Below, in pieces: positions 50,365-61,857 of a DNA stretch of 64,000 bases. Origin of the DNA: Oikopleura dioica (taxonomy: Eukaryota > Animalia > Chordata); assembly GCA_907165135.1 (NCBI GenBank), contig OU015568.1, forward strand, positions 7,378,001 through 7,442,000, read 5' to 3'. The notes below the pieces were generated by a model, which worked only from the letters and a program-made list of their open reading frames with translations, was not told where the DNA came from and did not search any database. Position 1 is the stretch's first letter. Every line of letters starts with the position of its first letter. The translations under genes and the position numbers were made by a program.

Positions 50365-51643
50365 TTATGTTCGTTCAGCACGTGGTTCTGGATTCAACCA
50401 GCTTGATTGTGTGACAAAAACAAGGTAACATGCTGAGCTTGGATTTTTACCTGGTGTGTTCGTCGCCTTGAACTTCGGGAACTCCGTTGATTTGAACATC
50501 GTTAAACGCGGGAGATGCAGATGCTCCGTGGCCCTGGTGGGGATCGTGGCCGAATGGGTAGAATCCGCAGATTTCTTCGGCGAAAATAATGCCAGCGGTG
50601 ATGATTACAGCGAGCTTGAGAAGTTCGTCGTTGAAAAGAGTAAGCTAGGAAGAAATTACAGTTCAAAATTCTCCTGATAAGTAGGCTTATTAATGAAAAA
50701 AATAATCTTTTTTTCTAGCTTGATAAAGTGCTCATATGACACAGTTTTTGAAAGCCCAGAACCTGAGCGTTAATTTGGGCACCATATCAAGGGGTCTGGG
50801 CCGTGCCCGCACGGCGATTCAGGGGCCCGGAAGTCCCAAAATAGTCACTAGAACGCTTTAATCGCCTGGGGCAACCGCCTCCACGCTCGAGATGTCTCGT
50901 GACCATTTCTAAGTGAAAGAGCTTGTTCTGAGCTTTCAGTAGATACCAAACAATCCTGCTTGCCTGTGCTAACGTGTAAGTTAGAACCGAAAAGAAGTCG
51001 TTTTGGCACCCAAAATTAAGGGAAATCCGGGCTTTTCTCCTGCAAAAGATGGAAAAATACCATGCTTTTTTGGCAGTTTATCGTTTGTAGATGACTTTAG
51101 GAGAGAGGCAAGCAGGATAACTTGACATCTACTGAAAGCTCAGACCCTCAGCTTTCACTGAGACGTAGTCACGAGACCTCTCGAGCGTGGAGGCGGTTGC
51201 CCCAGGCGATTTTAGAGATCTAGTGCCTATTTTTGGAGTTCCGGGCCCCTGAATTGCCTTGCAGGCATAACCCAGACCCCTTGATATGGTGCCTAAATGA
51301 AAGTTTAGGTTCTGGGCTTTCTAAGGCTGTGTTATGTGACCCTTATATCAAGATAGAAAAAAGGGTTGATTTTTTCATTAATAAGCCTACTGATAAGAGG
51401 AAATGCTTTGAAATCAAGATAGAAAATGCATACCATGTAAGGATTTCGTCGCATAACAGTATCGTACTTGGCAATCTCATGTCTGGTCCACGCGTGGTGA
51501 AGACCTTTTCTGGAGAGTTGAACTTGAGTGAATTCGTAAGGGGTGCCCTTGACGACCTTGTTCCAGAAGTTGGGGGAGGGGATCTTCTCTGGGGGAATCA
51601 AGTCCCAGTTTCCACCGCCTCTCAGAGCTCTCGTAAATCGCAT
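50365..51643 (-). CDS. NDUFB3: Complex I subunit NDUFB3 (B12)-like, 3 exons
   Basis: W..VKGTPYEFTQVQLSRKGLHHAWTRHEIAKY resembles NDUFB3 [32 protein letters not shown], followed by a single TM helix in exon 2. Confidence 0.72.
50682..51389. mobile_element. 708-bp hAT-type foldback MITE in an NDUFB3 intron
   Basis: TIR TAGGCTTATTAATGAAAAAA; ~290-bp imperfect arms; 8-bp TSD CTGATAAG (50674-50681, 51390-51397). Confidence 0.93.
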
Positions 51644-51792
51644 CCTATCTAAAATAGCAGGCGTATAAAGAGCGAAATAAGTGGCAGTGAAGAATATATA
51701 GACAGTTCATTTTCACTGAGAATTTGAGAAAAGTGGGTCAGATTCAGATGTAACCGGCAGGGTGAAAAATATATTTGGGCAGCGTTTTCTCG

Positions 51793-53762
51793 TCAGAGCA
51801 TGATCGTATCTTCGGTTGAGAGGGCGATAGTTGTCTTGAATTAACAATAACTGTCGTGTTTTTTTGAACTAAAGTACCTTTGACATGATCATAGGAAGAT
51901 TGCCACAATCTTGAAGAACGGAAGCCAAGCCTGGCCTCTGGAATACTTTTGAACTCGGGTCCATTTCAAACACTTTCTCTCCTTCCTTAGTCAATTGACG
52001 TTGGAAACGCTAGAATATTAATAAAAGCCACAATCTCTTCAAAATAGCTGCGCTTACAATAACATCTTCGCTCGATTGAGCATACAGAGACATGAAGTTG
52101 AAAGTATGGTAGTCATTCGTCGACACTTTGTAGCCAAGAACTTCGTTGACGGCGTCACGGAAGTTGTTGATCTTCTCTCTTGAGAATCAATGTTAACGAA
52201 AATGTCTTGGTTATGTTTTTTACCCAACGCAGCTGATGATTTTTGCATTTGTTTTCTCAAGCTCGTAGACTTTCTTGTTTGCTTCATGAAGTTTCTTTTT
52301 CATTTCTTTATCTACTGGCACTTCCGAGCTGTCTGATTCCTCTGAAGGAGTTTCTTCTCGGGCTCGTTTAGCTCCTCGAGCAAAAGTTGGATTCATACGG
52401 TAGCTTTATTTGGTCAAAAAGATGAATAGAAAAACGATCTATGCTTCTGTATTTTTGACCTGGACCTAAGTACATTATCATGCTCCTTGACAGCTCCTAG
52501 CAATCTCATCTTTTGAATTTCCTCCGAGAGTTCATCGTTCTTCAACTTGAGCGTCTTAATCTCGTCATACAGACCAGACAAATCCACGTCTCCCTAAACT
52601 CATCAACATGAAGGTTTGATTCGCTAATAGGCTTGACCGCACCTGTTTTACTGTCTCAGTGAAGCTTATGTCTGCCTTGGCTTCTTCAAGTTGACGTTTC
52701 AGTTTGGTCACAGAATCTGTTATTCGGATTTATACAATCAAATAAAGCGAACATTCAAGTTATTTCTGTGGGAAACACTGTCTAAAAATTCACCACTGAT
52801 AAAACCGATTCCTTGTGTAGCTTGATGTCTCGACTTTTCGACTGATAATTCCGACTTCACTTCTCCAATTTGATTAACCAATTCAAGCTCCGACGATCGC
52901 TGATGGACCATTTCGATTTCCAGGCGTCTGACCTTTTCAGTTTCTCGAATCAAATCGCCTCTGAGAACTTCATGCTCGGCCACGAGTTTGTCATATTTTG
53001 GCTGGAGGTGGTCGACCTTAGATTTCCATAGCTTCTCTCTTTCGATCGCCACTGATTTGTCCTTCACTTGCGTTGTCAATTCCTGATTGAGTTCTTTCTC
53101 TCTTGCGAGCTCTTTTTCAAGAATTTTAACTCGTTGAGCCTCTACTCGCCAAATTTCTCCATGAGCTTTTTCCTGCTCTGCTTGCCGCCGCATCTTTTCG
53201 GCGAGGTTTTCTTTTACTTCAAAATCTGCGTACTTGGATTCAATGGCTTTTTTCTTCTCAATCTCTGCTCTTGCTTCTTCCAATTGTTCGCGGAGAAAAT
53301 CGAGCTCTTTCTTGTTGATTTGAAGTTGTCGTTCGAAATTTCCATCGGTTGACTTTAGCGAAGTGAGTTCTTGTTTCATTTTGTTGATCATTTCGTTGCG
53401 CTGCTCGAGGACTTCTTTGAGATCAGTGACTTCTTGATCGCGCACGTTTTTCAAGTCGCGAAATTTGCGTTTGCAATTGCTCAACTCGCGCTGGAGGGCG
53501 CAGATGTCGTCGTTTTTGGACTAAAAATAGGAAGGAGGAAGGAGAACGGGTTAGGTACCTTCAACTCGTTTGCCTTCTTCACATCTGCTTCGCGATAGAG
53601 CTGGAGTTTGTTTCTAAGTCTGGCGGTTTCATCCCTACATGATCTCGCATCTAGTGTGTTTTCGAACACATTCATGATCGCCAAGGTTGACTCGTCCAAC
53701 GGTTGTTGAGTCAGGCCTAGATTTTGCCTTGAAAGGGGTGATCTTTCTAGCGACGTATCCAT
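51793..53762 (-). CDS. MAD1L1: Spindle checkpoint protein MAD1-like, multi-exon
   Basis: Long coiled coil; NVLSYRMNP (Mad2-interacting-motif position); C-terminal KINNFRDAVNEVLGYKV..FNFMSLYAQSSEDVI matches MAD1 KIQEFRKACYTLTGYQI..LTSLYAE. Confidence 0.75.
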
Positions 53763-53890
53763 GCTTCGATTTCAATTCAACTTTTTTCTGAAAATAGTGT
53801 TCGGGTAGTTAGGAAGTCGAACTTTCGTGGCTTTAGTACGAGTGGTTGGAGTCAGGGCATATTTTGAATAAATAGATTTCAAGGAGCTGT

Positions 53891-54862
53891 TTAGGGTTGC
53901 ATTCTGATGGCACCGTCAAGTCGGATAGTTTCACCGTTCATCATTGGGTTGTCGACGATTGCGCAGATCATTTGGGCAAAGTGGGATGGATCACCGAGTC
54001 TAGAAACGTAAGGAAAAGGCTCTTTCAGTATGGACCGACCTCTGAGGGAAGGGAACAGTTTTGGCAAGAACAGTCTGGACCTTCATTGGGAGTCCGTCGA
54101 GGATTGGAGTTCTGTAAACGCCAGGGGCGATGGTGTTGACTCGGATGCCAACAGCGGCAAGATCTCGGGCAGCTAGAAACAAAATAACCCAAAGTATTGA
54201 AGAAATATCTGACCAGGCAAGGTAAGGCCAACGATGCCACCCTTAGAAGCGGCGTAAGCAGCTTGACCGATTTGTCCATCAAAAGCAGCGACAGAGGCGG
54301 TGTTGATGATGCAACCATTTTGAGTAATTTTCACATCAGGATTAACCGGGTCCGTCAAATCGAGCTGAGAACTGATTAAGGAGTGGAAGCTTTCCGGAGG
54401 GTACCTGAGCATCAGCTGGATTCTGGACCATAACTTTTGTCGCCTGAGACATCATGTTGAACGATCCGTTCAAGTTGATGTTGATGACTCGGGCGAACTC
54501 ATCCAAAGAGTGGAGCTGGTCCTTTCGCGCGTTGTAGATTCGCTTGGCGATGCCGATCCCAGCGCAGTTAACGAGTACTTGCAAGTGGCCAAACTCTAGG
54601 AGAACCTAACATTCCTTTCTGTCGCAATATTTTCTATACCGTTAGCAGCGAGCTCAGCAGCCTTTTTGGCATCTTCGGGGTTGGTGACGTCACCAGGGCA
54701 GAAGATGGCGTTGGGTCCGAGTTCCTTTGCAACAGCCTGGCCGTCGGAGTTGGGGAGATCGAAGATGACGACTTTTCCTCCTCGAGAGGCAAGGGCGGCA
54801 GCGGTGGCTCGGCCAAGACCAGAAGCAGCGCCAGTGACGATTGAAGAGAGGCCGAAGGTCAT
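53891..54862 (-). CDS. HSD17B10: 3-hydroxyacyl-CoA dehydrogenase type 2 (SDR5C1/MRPP2), intact copy
   Basis: [72 protein letters not shown]. Confidence 0.95.
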
Positions 54863-56528
54863 TCTAGAGGAATGTAAGTATTACAGCACCGAAGTCCTGC
54901 ATGTTTACGAGCAACCAGTTTAGTATTATAGCACTTTTATATTGGTAACTGAAGTAGAAAGTATTGTTTTCATTTTATAGTAATCATCATGAAGTAAAAT
55001 AATTCATAAATCTTTATTCCACTCTTCAAAAGGCCCATTTCGATTGTTCGGCAGAAACTCTGATCGATGTTGATTCTCCCGGTAGTAATTTTCCAGCGCT
55101 CTGAGCTTCTCGTACTTTGACTCGTCGCACAGTTTCTTTGCGTTTTCGAAGAAGCGGCAGTGGATTCTGCTTTGAGAGTCGCCCATGTATCGCCGGCGGA
55201 AGTAGTTGTTGAAACCGTTTTCGTACGAATGACATTCTGCGGCTTGGTCTTTGTTTGGGATGGATCACCGAGTCTAGAAACGTAAGGAAAAGGCTCTTTC
55301 AGTATGGACCGACCTCTGAGGGAAGGGAACAGTTTTGGCAAGAACAGTCTGGACCTTCATTGGGAGTCCGTCGAGGATTGGAGTTCTGTAAACGCCAGGG
55401 GCGATGGTGTTGACTCGGATGCCAACAGCGGCAAGATCTCGGGCAGCTAGAAACAAAATAACCCAAAGTATTGAAGAAATATCTGACCAGGCAAGGTAAG
55501 GCCAACGATGCCACCCTTAGAAGCGGCGTAAGCAGCTTGACCGATTTGTCCATCAAAAGCAGCGACAGAGGCGGTGTTGATGATGCAACCATTTTGAGTA
55601 ATTTTCACATCAGGATTAACCGGGTCCGTCAAATCGAGCTGAGAACTGATTAAGGAGTGGAAGCTTTCCGGAGGGTACCTGAGCATCAGCTGGATTCTGG
55701 ACCATAACTTTTGTCGCCTGAGACATCATGTTGAACGATCCGTTCAAGTTGATGTTGATGACTCGGGCGAACTCATCCAAAGAGTGGAGCTGGTCCTTTC
55801 GCGCGTTGTAGATTCGCTTGGCGATGCCGATCCCAGCGCAGTTAACGAGTACTTGCAAGTGGCCAAACTCTAGGAGAACCTAACATTCCTTTCTGTCGCA
55901 ATATTTTCTATACCGTTAGCAGCGAGCTCAGCAGCCTTTTTGGCATCTTCGGGGTTGGTGACGTCACCAGGGCAGAAGATGGCGTTGGGTCCGAGTTCCT
56001 TTGCAACAGCCTGGCCGTCGGAGTTGGGGAGATCGAAGATGACGACTTTTCCTCCTCGAGAGGCAAGGGCGGCAGCGGTGGCTCGGCCAAGACCAGAAGC
56101 AGCGCCAGTGACGATTGAAGAGAGGCCGAAGGTCATTCTAGAGGAATGTAAGTATTACAGCACCGAAGTCCTGCATGTTTACGAGCAACCAGTTTAGTAT
56201 TATAGCACTTTTATATTGGTAACTGAAGTAGAAAGTATTGTTTTCATTTTATAGTAATCATCATGAAGTAAAATAATTCATAAATCTTTATTCCACTCTT
56301 CAAAAGGCCCATTTCGATTGTTCGGCAGAAACTCTGATCGATGTTGATTCTCCCGGTAGTAATTTTCCAGCGCTCTGAGCTTCTCGTACTTTGACTCGTC
56401 GCACAGTTTCTTTGCGTTTTCGAAGAAGCGGCAGTGGATTCTGCTTTGAGAGTCGCCCATGTATCGCCGGCGGAAGTAGTTGTTGAAACCGTTTTCGTAC
56501 GAATGACATTCTGCGGCTTGGTCTTTGT
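53982..56528. repeat. Perfect tandem duplication, period 1274 bp (53982-55254 / 55256-56528)
   Basis: ORF track repeats at an offset of 1274; no differences seen by eye; one extra T at 55255. Confidence 0.95.
55256..56136 (-). pseudogene. HSD17B10: 3'-truncated HSD17B10 copy, reading out of frame into a C22orf39-like fragment (stop at 54970)
   Basis: Identical to the intact copy up to LGDPS, then QTKTKPQNV... from the duplication junction. Confidence 0.8.
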
Positions 56529-56550
56529 AGTGCTGACACAACGAGTCCAT
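56278..56550 (-). CDS. UPF0545/C22orf39 (PANTS)-like small Cx9C protein
   Basis: C-x2-Y-x6-C-x-S...Y..C-x9-C..W pattern, 90 aa; acceptor ctttag just before the ATG. Confidence 0.6.
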   Translation of the reverse strand: MDSLCQHYKDQAAECHSYENGFNNYFRRRYMGDSQSRIHCRFFENAKKLCDESKYEKLRALENYYRENQHRSEFLPNNRNGPFEEWNKDL

Positions 56551-57494
56551 ATCTAAAGATATTGATGAGACTGGCGATGAATGTGTAATAATGAATTCGG
56601 TTGGGGAACATCTGCGATATCTCTTTGGGATTCATTTTATAATTTGATAAAAATATATTTCTTACGGATAAGCAAGTCATGGGAGCAACAGCATCTATTG
56701 TAATTGTATTTGAAAAACATTTGATAAGGAAAATTTATTTTTACTTGAGCTAAATAATTTATCATAGATTTTAGGGCGATTGTGCGAGTGTGAAATAACT
56801 TGCTCTCAGTTTCATCTCATTTTTTTATATTACAGTCGACTACCTGTAGTACAGTCAAGAAGATAGAGAAGAATATCTGTTAATTGGACAGATAGAGAAA
56901 GTAACAGGAAAAAATTTGATACCATTTTACAAATTTTATTATAAATTCGTAGAATTTGAATTCAATGTATTTAGATGAAAAAATTTGCGTTATTTTATTG
57001 ATCATTTAGATACAGAACAGGAGATGGGAAATGTTTTCAGAATGGGCCTAATTTTTGATAACATTTTACTGAAGGAGTTTAGTCCCAAATAGGGATTAAT
57101 CGATTCTCAGAGTTATTTTTTCTTTATTTTCTTAATCGTTCAATTTTGAATACATTATTAACATATGTCAGCTCCGAAGTTTTGCTTCATTTTCTTCCTC
57201 ATTTCTCTTTTAATAAAAGCACTTCGTTACTGTTATCTGAAATTCTCTACGATTTCAGCGCGCCCACAGGCGATGACTCACATTTTTTGTCTCTTCAAAG
57301 TAAAAACGAGACCCGCTCGGCTGTAGAAAAATCACCTCAAACCAAAAAATAATTATTATAAAATTCATTTCGGAAAGTAGAGAAAAATATCTAGAAGAAG
57401 ATTTATTATTATGAAATCGGTCATATGAAGAAAATTTTGAATTAGAGAAGAAAAAACGAAGAAAACAGGAAGATAGGAGAAGAAATTGAAGAAA

Positions 57495-59543
57495 ATGCCT
57501 GTGGAAGTTTTTTCGAAATTAGACAGGGGAACTGTATATTTGTCTGGAGAGTCAATTGATGCTACTGTAACACTACAGAATGTCACAGGTAGCCTAGCTC
57601 GCGATATCCTCAATTTAGGACCCTTCCGCTAAGAAAATCCTTATCAGTGCACTTTTTAATCTAGATATTCAGGAGAAGAAGATGACCCAATGGACGAGAG
57701 AATCGCCTGGGCTTCGATCCAGTTCCACTGCGAATGTTCCGTCAATCAAACTCGAATCACTGCTCCGACGAGCTACGAACTCCCACCGAGCGATAAGGAA
57801 AAACGCAGCTCCTTTCCTGTAGGAACAATGGCTCCAGTTGTCTTCAAGACCGAACCGAACATTTTCACGATTGATTTGAGACTGAGAGCGGGAGAGAAGA
57901 AAACTTTTAATTTCAGCGAAAAGATTCCTTCTGACGCGCCGCCCAGTTATTCTGGCGGATTTGTCAAGGAAAGGGTCGAATGAAAAACACTTTGAGAGAC
58001 TGAATTTCAATTTCTACCCTTGAAAAAGTACTGTTACAAAATGACTGTAGCGCTGCAACGAGTTTCGTCAAAAGAAAAAGCTCCGATTCATCGAGTTCGC
58101 GTGCCTTTTCGAGTTCTTGTTTTATACGGCCTCAGGTAGACATAGGCAAATTTCTAGCTCTTTTTCTATAATCGAAAATTCAGTGAATATCATGGAGAAT
58201 CAAATCCTGTACCAGCAAATCCCTTCATGGAAGAAGCTCGCGCTCAACAACAAGTTTGATTTTTTGCCCTTTCCGATGATCTAAAAGTCCTTAGCCTGCA
58301 AATCTACTGGACCTGGCCTCGGACTTACTGAATAGAATAACAGCCAAGAGAAGCCTAAATGTTTACAGAATCGCGAACGGCCGAGGTTTGGTCGGTTCTT
58401 TTTGCATCAACAAAACTTCGTATAAACTTGGAGAAGATATTGTAGCCTGCTTCGTTAGGGGATCAGATTGATTTTGAGATATGCTTTGAGAGAAGCGAAA
58501 ACTGATCCTGGAAAAGATTTTACAGAAGGAACTGTGTCCTGTCTGCAGATCGCTGTTTGCTTGCAAGCGGAGGAACAAGTTGCGGAGGAGTACAAAAAGC
58601 GCCCGATTCATAATCACATAACCAAGTAAGGCCAATACATATTTTATTTATATATTTCAAGTAATGGTCAAGTATAAAAAGTCAAATAGTGGTTTATGAC
58701 CTTGAGAGAATCAGTGAAGTTGATTATGACTTCATTTCAAAAAGAGTTGATTTTTTTATATTTTGTGAAATCTAATCCGCGAACCGCATCTTATAAGTTA
58801 GATCCGGGAACGGTCGGTTACAATACCAAAGCTTTTTTGGTATTCCAATACCAAAAATTGGTATTCCAATACCAACTTTTTTTAAAAAATTTGGACTTTT
58901 TGCCAAAGAAATTATTAAAAACACTCCTTAGGTATCTTATAATACAGGCGCGAAGCGCACAACCGACTTTTAAGTTAAAAATTGGCAATTTTTTGCCGAC
59001 TTTGGTATTGGAATACCAAAATTGGTATTGGAATACCAATTGGTATTGTAACCGACCGTTTCCCGTTAGATCCATCCAAAAGAGGGCAGTACTGTCAGGA
59101 ACTCTACCACGGGTTGCGCGATGCGGGAGATTTACTTGTTGAGATTGTAATCTCTTTTTCCTCTTTGGCCAAGGAGTTTTTTTGATCGATCCATCAGTTT
59201 CTTGTGCTGATTTTAATCTTCATTTTTCAGCTTTGGACGTCAGGTGGAGCCTTGCCTCTTCTCCAAAAAGACGCATTTGATCCTTCCCGTCCCACTTTTC
59301 GTCTGTCCCGGCTTTTTGACCGAACTAATCCACCTCAAATGGCGACTTCACTTTGAATTCACCACCGCCGTGGGTCAACTCGAAGGCCAAACCCTCAGCG
59401 ACGACTCTTGCAAGCTGTGGCAAGGCCCCTTCCAAATGAAAACGGAGCAAATGCAATGGGACCTTCCTATCAAAATCCTTCCAACGCTGCCCTCTCTTGC
59501 TGAAAGTGGAATTGCCGATGGACTGAGCAATCAGCAATTTTAG
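57495..59543 (+). CDS. RGP1: RAB6 GEF partner RGP1, multi-exon
   Basis: VEVFSKLDRGTVYLSGE, IAWASIQFHC, PPSYSGGFVK|YCYKMTVALQRV, YKLGEDIV, LKWRLHFEF, WDLPIKILPT. Confidence 0.9.
58806..59064. mobile_element. 259-bp MULE-like MITE in an RGP1 intron
   Basis: GGGAACGGTCGGTTACAATACCAA...TTGGTATTGTAACCGACCGTTTCCC; 9-bp TSD GTTAGATCC; subterminal TTGGTATT(CC/GG)AATACCAA repeats. Confidence 0.9.
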
Positions 59544-59890
59544 TTTTCTCTTTATTATTTCTTTCTGTATCTTGAACATCGTTGCCCTGGAAACGACGAG
59601 TCACCCTCTGCCAGAAGAATATGCAACGCTTGAGTCTACTAAAGCAATCTTTTTCATATACCTACCATTTCAAAAAGTATTTAAAAAAGCAACACTTCAG
59701 TTTGAGAATTTCAATTTCTTCCTTGTCATAATTTTTCAAAATAATATTCCGTGCAATATAAAAAAAAATTACAATTTAGTGCATTTTCTCCTGTTTTTTC
59801 ACCCTTTTTGCAAAAAGAGGTGGATTTTCTAGAATACGACTATTTTCATGAGAAAAATTTTCAAAAAAGCTCAGTTCGCTCTTTTAGAAA

Positions 59891-61718
59891 ATGGCGAAAA
59901 AAGGGAAGGGAAAGAAGAGTGGGAAGAAGGACAAGGGGGGAAAAGGAACGCGTACCCCCGTTATGGTCGATGGCGTCGCTGCCGAGGAAATGTCACAGGA
60001 GCAGCTCGTCGAGCACGTCGGCCGAATGCGAGAAGAGGTAACTTTTTCTTACTTTTTAGGGAAAATTTGGAATTAACTATTTTGTATCAATTGATAATCG
60101 TTTATTTTCAGTTAGACCGTGAGCGAGAGGAAAGAAACTTCTTCCAGCTTGAGCGCGACAAAATCCACACTTTCTGGGAGATTACCCGCCGCCAGCTCGA
60201 GGAGCGAAAAGCCGAGCTTCGAAACAAGGATCGCGAAATGGAAGAAGCCGAGGAGCGTCACCAGGTCGAGATCAAAGGTAACTTTTTCTTCCCTTTTCTC
60301 CTGCTAACTGCTCTTTCAAGTGTACAAGCAGAAGGCGAAGCAGCTTCTGTACGAGCACCAAAACAGCTCCGCCGAGCTTCGAATGAACAACACCAATGCG
60401 CTGAAACAACAAGCGGCAGAAGTGACTGCTCATGAAAAAGTTCTGCGTGACGAGAAAAAGGAGCTCAAGGTCGAATTGAGAACTGCCGAGCTCTCCCACC
60501 AGGAGCACGTCAAGCAGCTCGTCGGCGATCACGACCGAACGTAAGTCTCGTCTTTTACGATGGTTTCTTTATTGAAAATTCAGGGTGACCGACTTGCGCG
60601 AATCCTTTGAGAATCGGTCAGAAGAAATCGTCTCCAAGTTCGAGCGAAAGATGAAGGAAGAACGCGATATTCTTGAACTGTAGGTTTGATTCTCTTTTTC
60701 CTGGTGTTAAAAACTGTCATTAGTCGCCGAAAAACGGAAATTCACGAGATCGAGGAGCGTAAAAATGGGCAGATTCAAGCATTAATGAAGAACCATGAGA
60801 AGCAATTTAGGTAAGTTTACACATCGAAATTCAATCGACTAACCCCTTTTTCAGCGATATCAAGAACTACTACAACGATATCACGCTTAATAACTTGTCA
60901 TTAATCAACACGCTAAAGGAACAAATCGAGAAGAACAAGAAAAAAGAGGATCAGCTCGAGAAGAACATGTCCGAGGTCATGGTTAGTTATCAACCCCTTC
61001 GGCATTAGCTAAATGTTTCTTTCAGAGCCAAAACCGAAAACTTGTTGAGCCTTTGAAAAGGCACAGGAAGAGAACGAGGAGCTCTCCCGACAAATGGCAA
61101 ATTATGAAAAGGACAAGCGATCGCTGAAGCGCGCCAAGAACCGACTTCAGATCCAAGAAAAAGAAATGAAAGACCTCAAATGGGAACATGAGGTGCTTGA
61201 GCAGCAGTTCAATCGACTCAAGGAAGTAAGTCTCTTCTTTCAATATCCAAAACTTCTTTTTTTTTGAAATCCGTGTTCAAGTTATTCATGTAAATTTTAA
61301 GGAGCGCAACTCTCTTCACGCGAGCTTCGTCGAAGCTGTCCAAGAAGTCGTCCAAAAGGCCAACTTCAAGAAGCTCATGCTCGAGCGCAAGGTGGTCAAG
61401 CTTGCCGATTCATTGGAGAAGAAGGATGCCCAGCTGAACGAAATCCTTGCCGCCTCGAATCTGGACCCCGCAGCCCTCAGCGTCGTCACTCGCAAACTCG
61501 AGGACGTCCTCGATGCCAAGAACGGCGCCATCAAGGATCTTCAGTACGAGTTGGCCCGTGTCTGCAAGGCGCACAATGACTTGCTTCGCACCTACGAAGC
61601 GAAACTCACCGCTTTCGGCGTGCCCGTCGACGAGCTTGGATTCAAGCCCCTCGAATCGACCGTTTCCGGTCAGAAGCTCGGTAAAGGACCCGCTGGCCTC
61701 GTCGCTGCTCCCACATAA
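59891..61718 (+). CDS. GAS8: Dynein regulatory complex subunit 4 (GAS8/DRC4), multi-exon
   Basis: [65 protein letters not shown]. Confidence 0.96.
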
Positions 61719-61857
61719 ACACTTGTTCGCTGAAGAAAATTCTCTGTGCCTTCTTATTTTCATAATTCAAATATATTTTATTATAAAACTTCAATCCACC
61801 CTGTCTCTTTTCTGTGTTCTTTGAAAAGTTTGAAATCAAGGAGGAATTTGAAAATAG

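Noticed and set aside
51233-51652. 139-aa plus-strand ORF
   Set aside because: Spans a MITE arm and the antisense of NDUFB3; no recognisable motif.
58820-59050. CRISPR-like or satellite array of TTGGTATTCCAATACCAA
   Set aside because: No unique spacers; these are subterminal repeats of a TSD-flanked MITE.
58797-59073. MULE TSD (GTTAG|ATCC) acting as an RGP1 splice acceptor
   Set aside because: RGP1 homology joins 58625 directly to 59231 (HITNFGRQVEPCL); the element lies deep in the intron.
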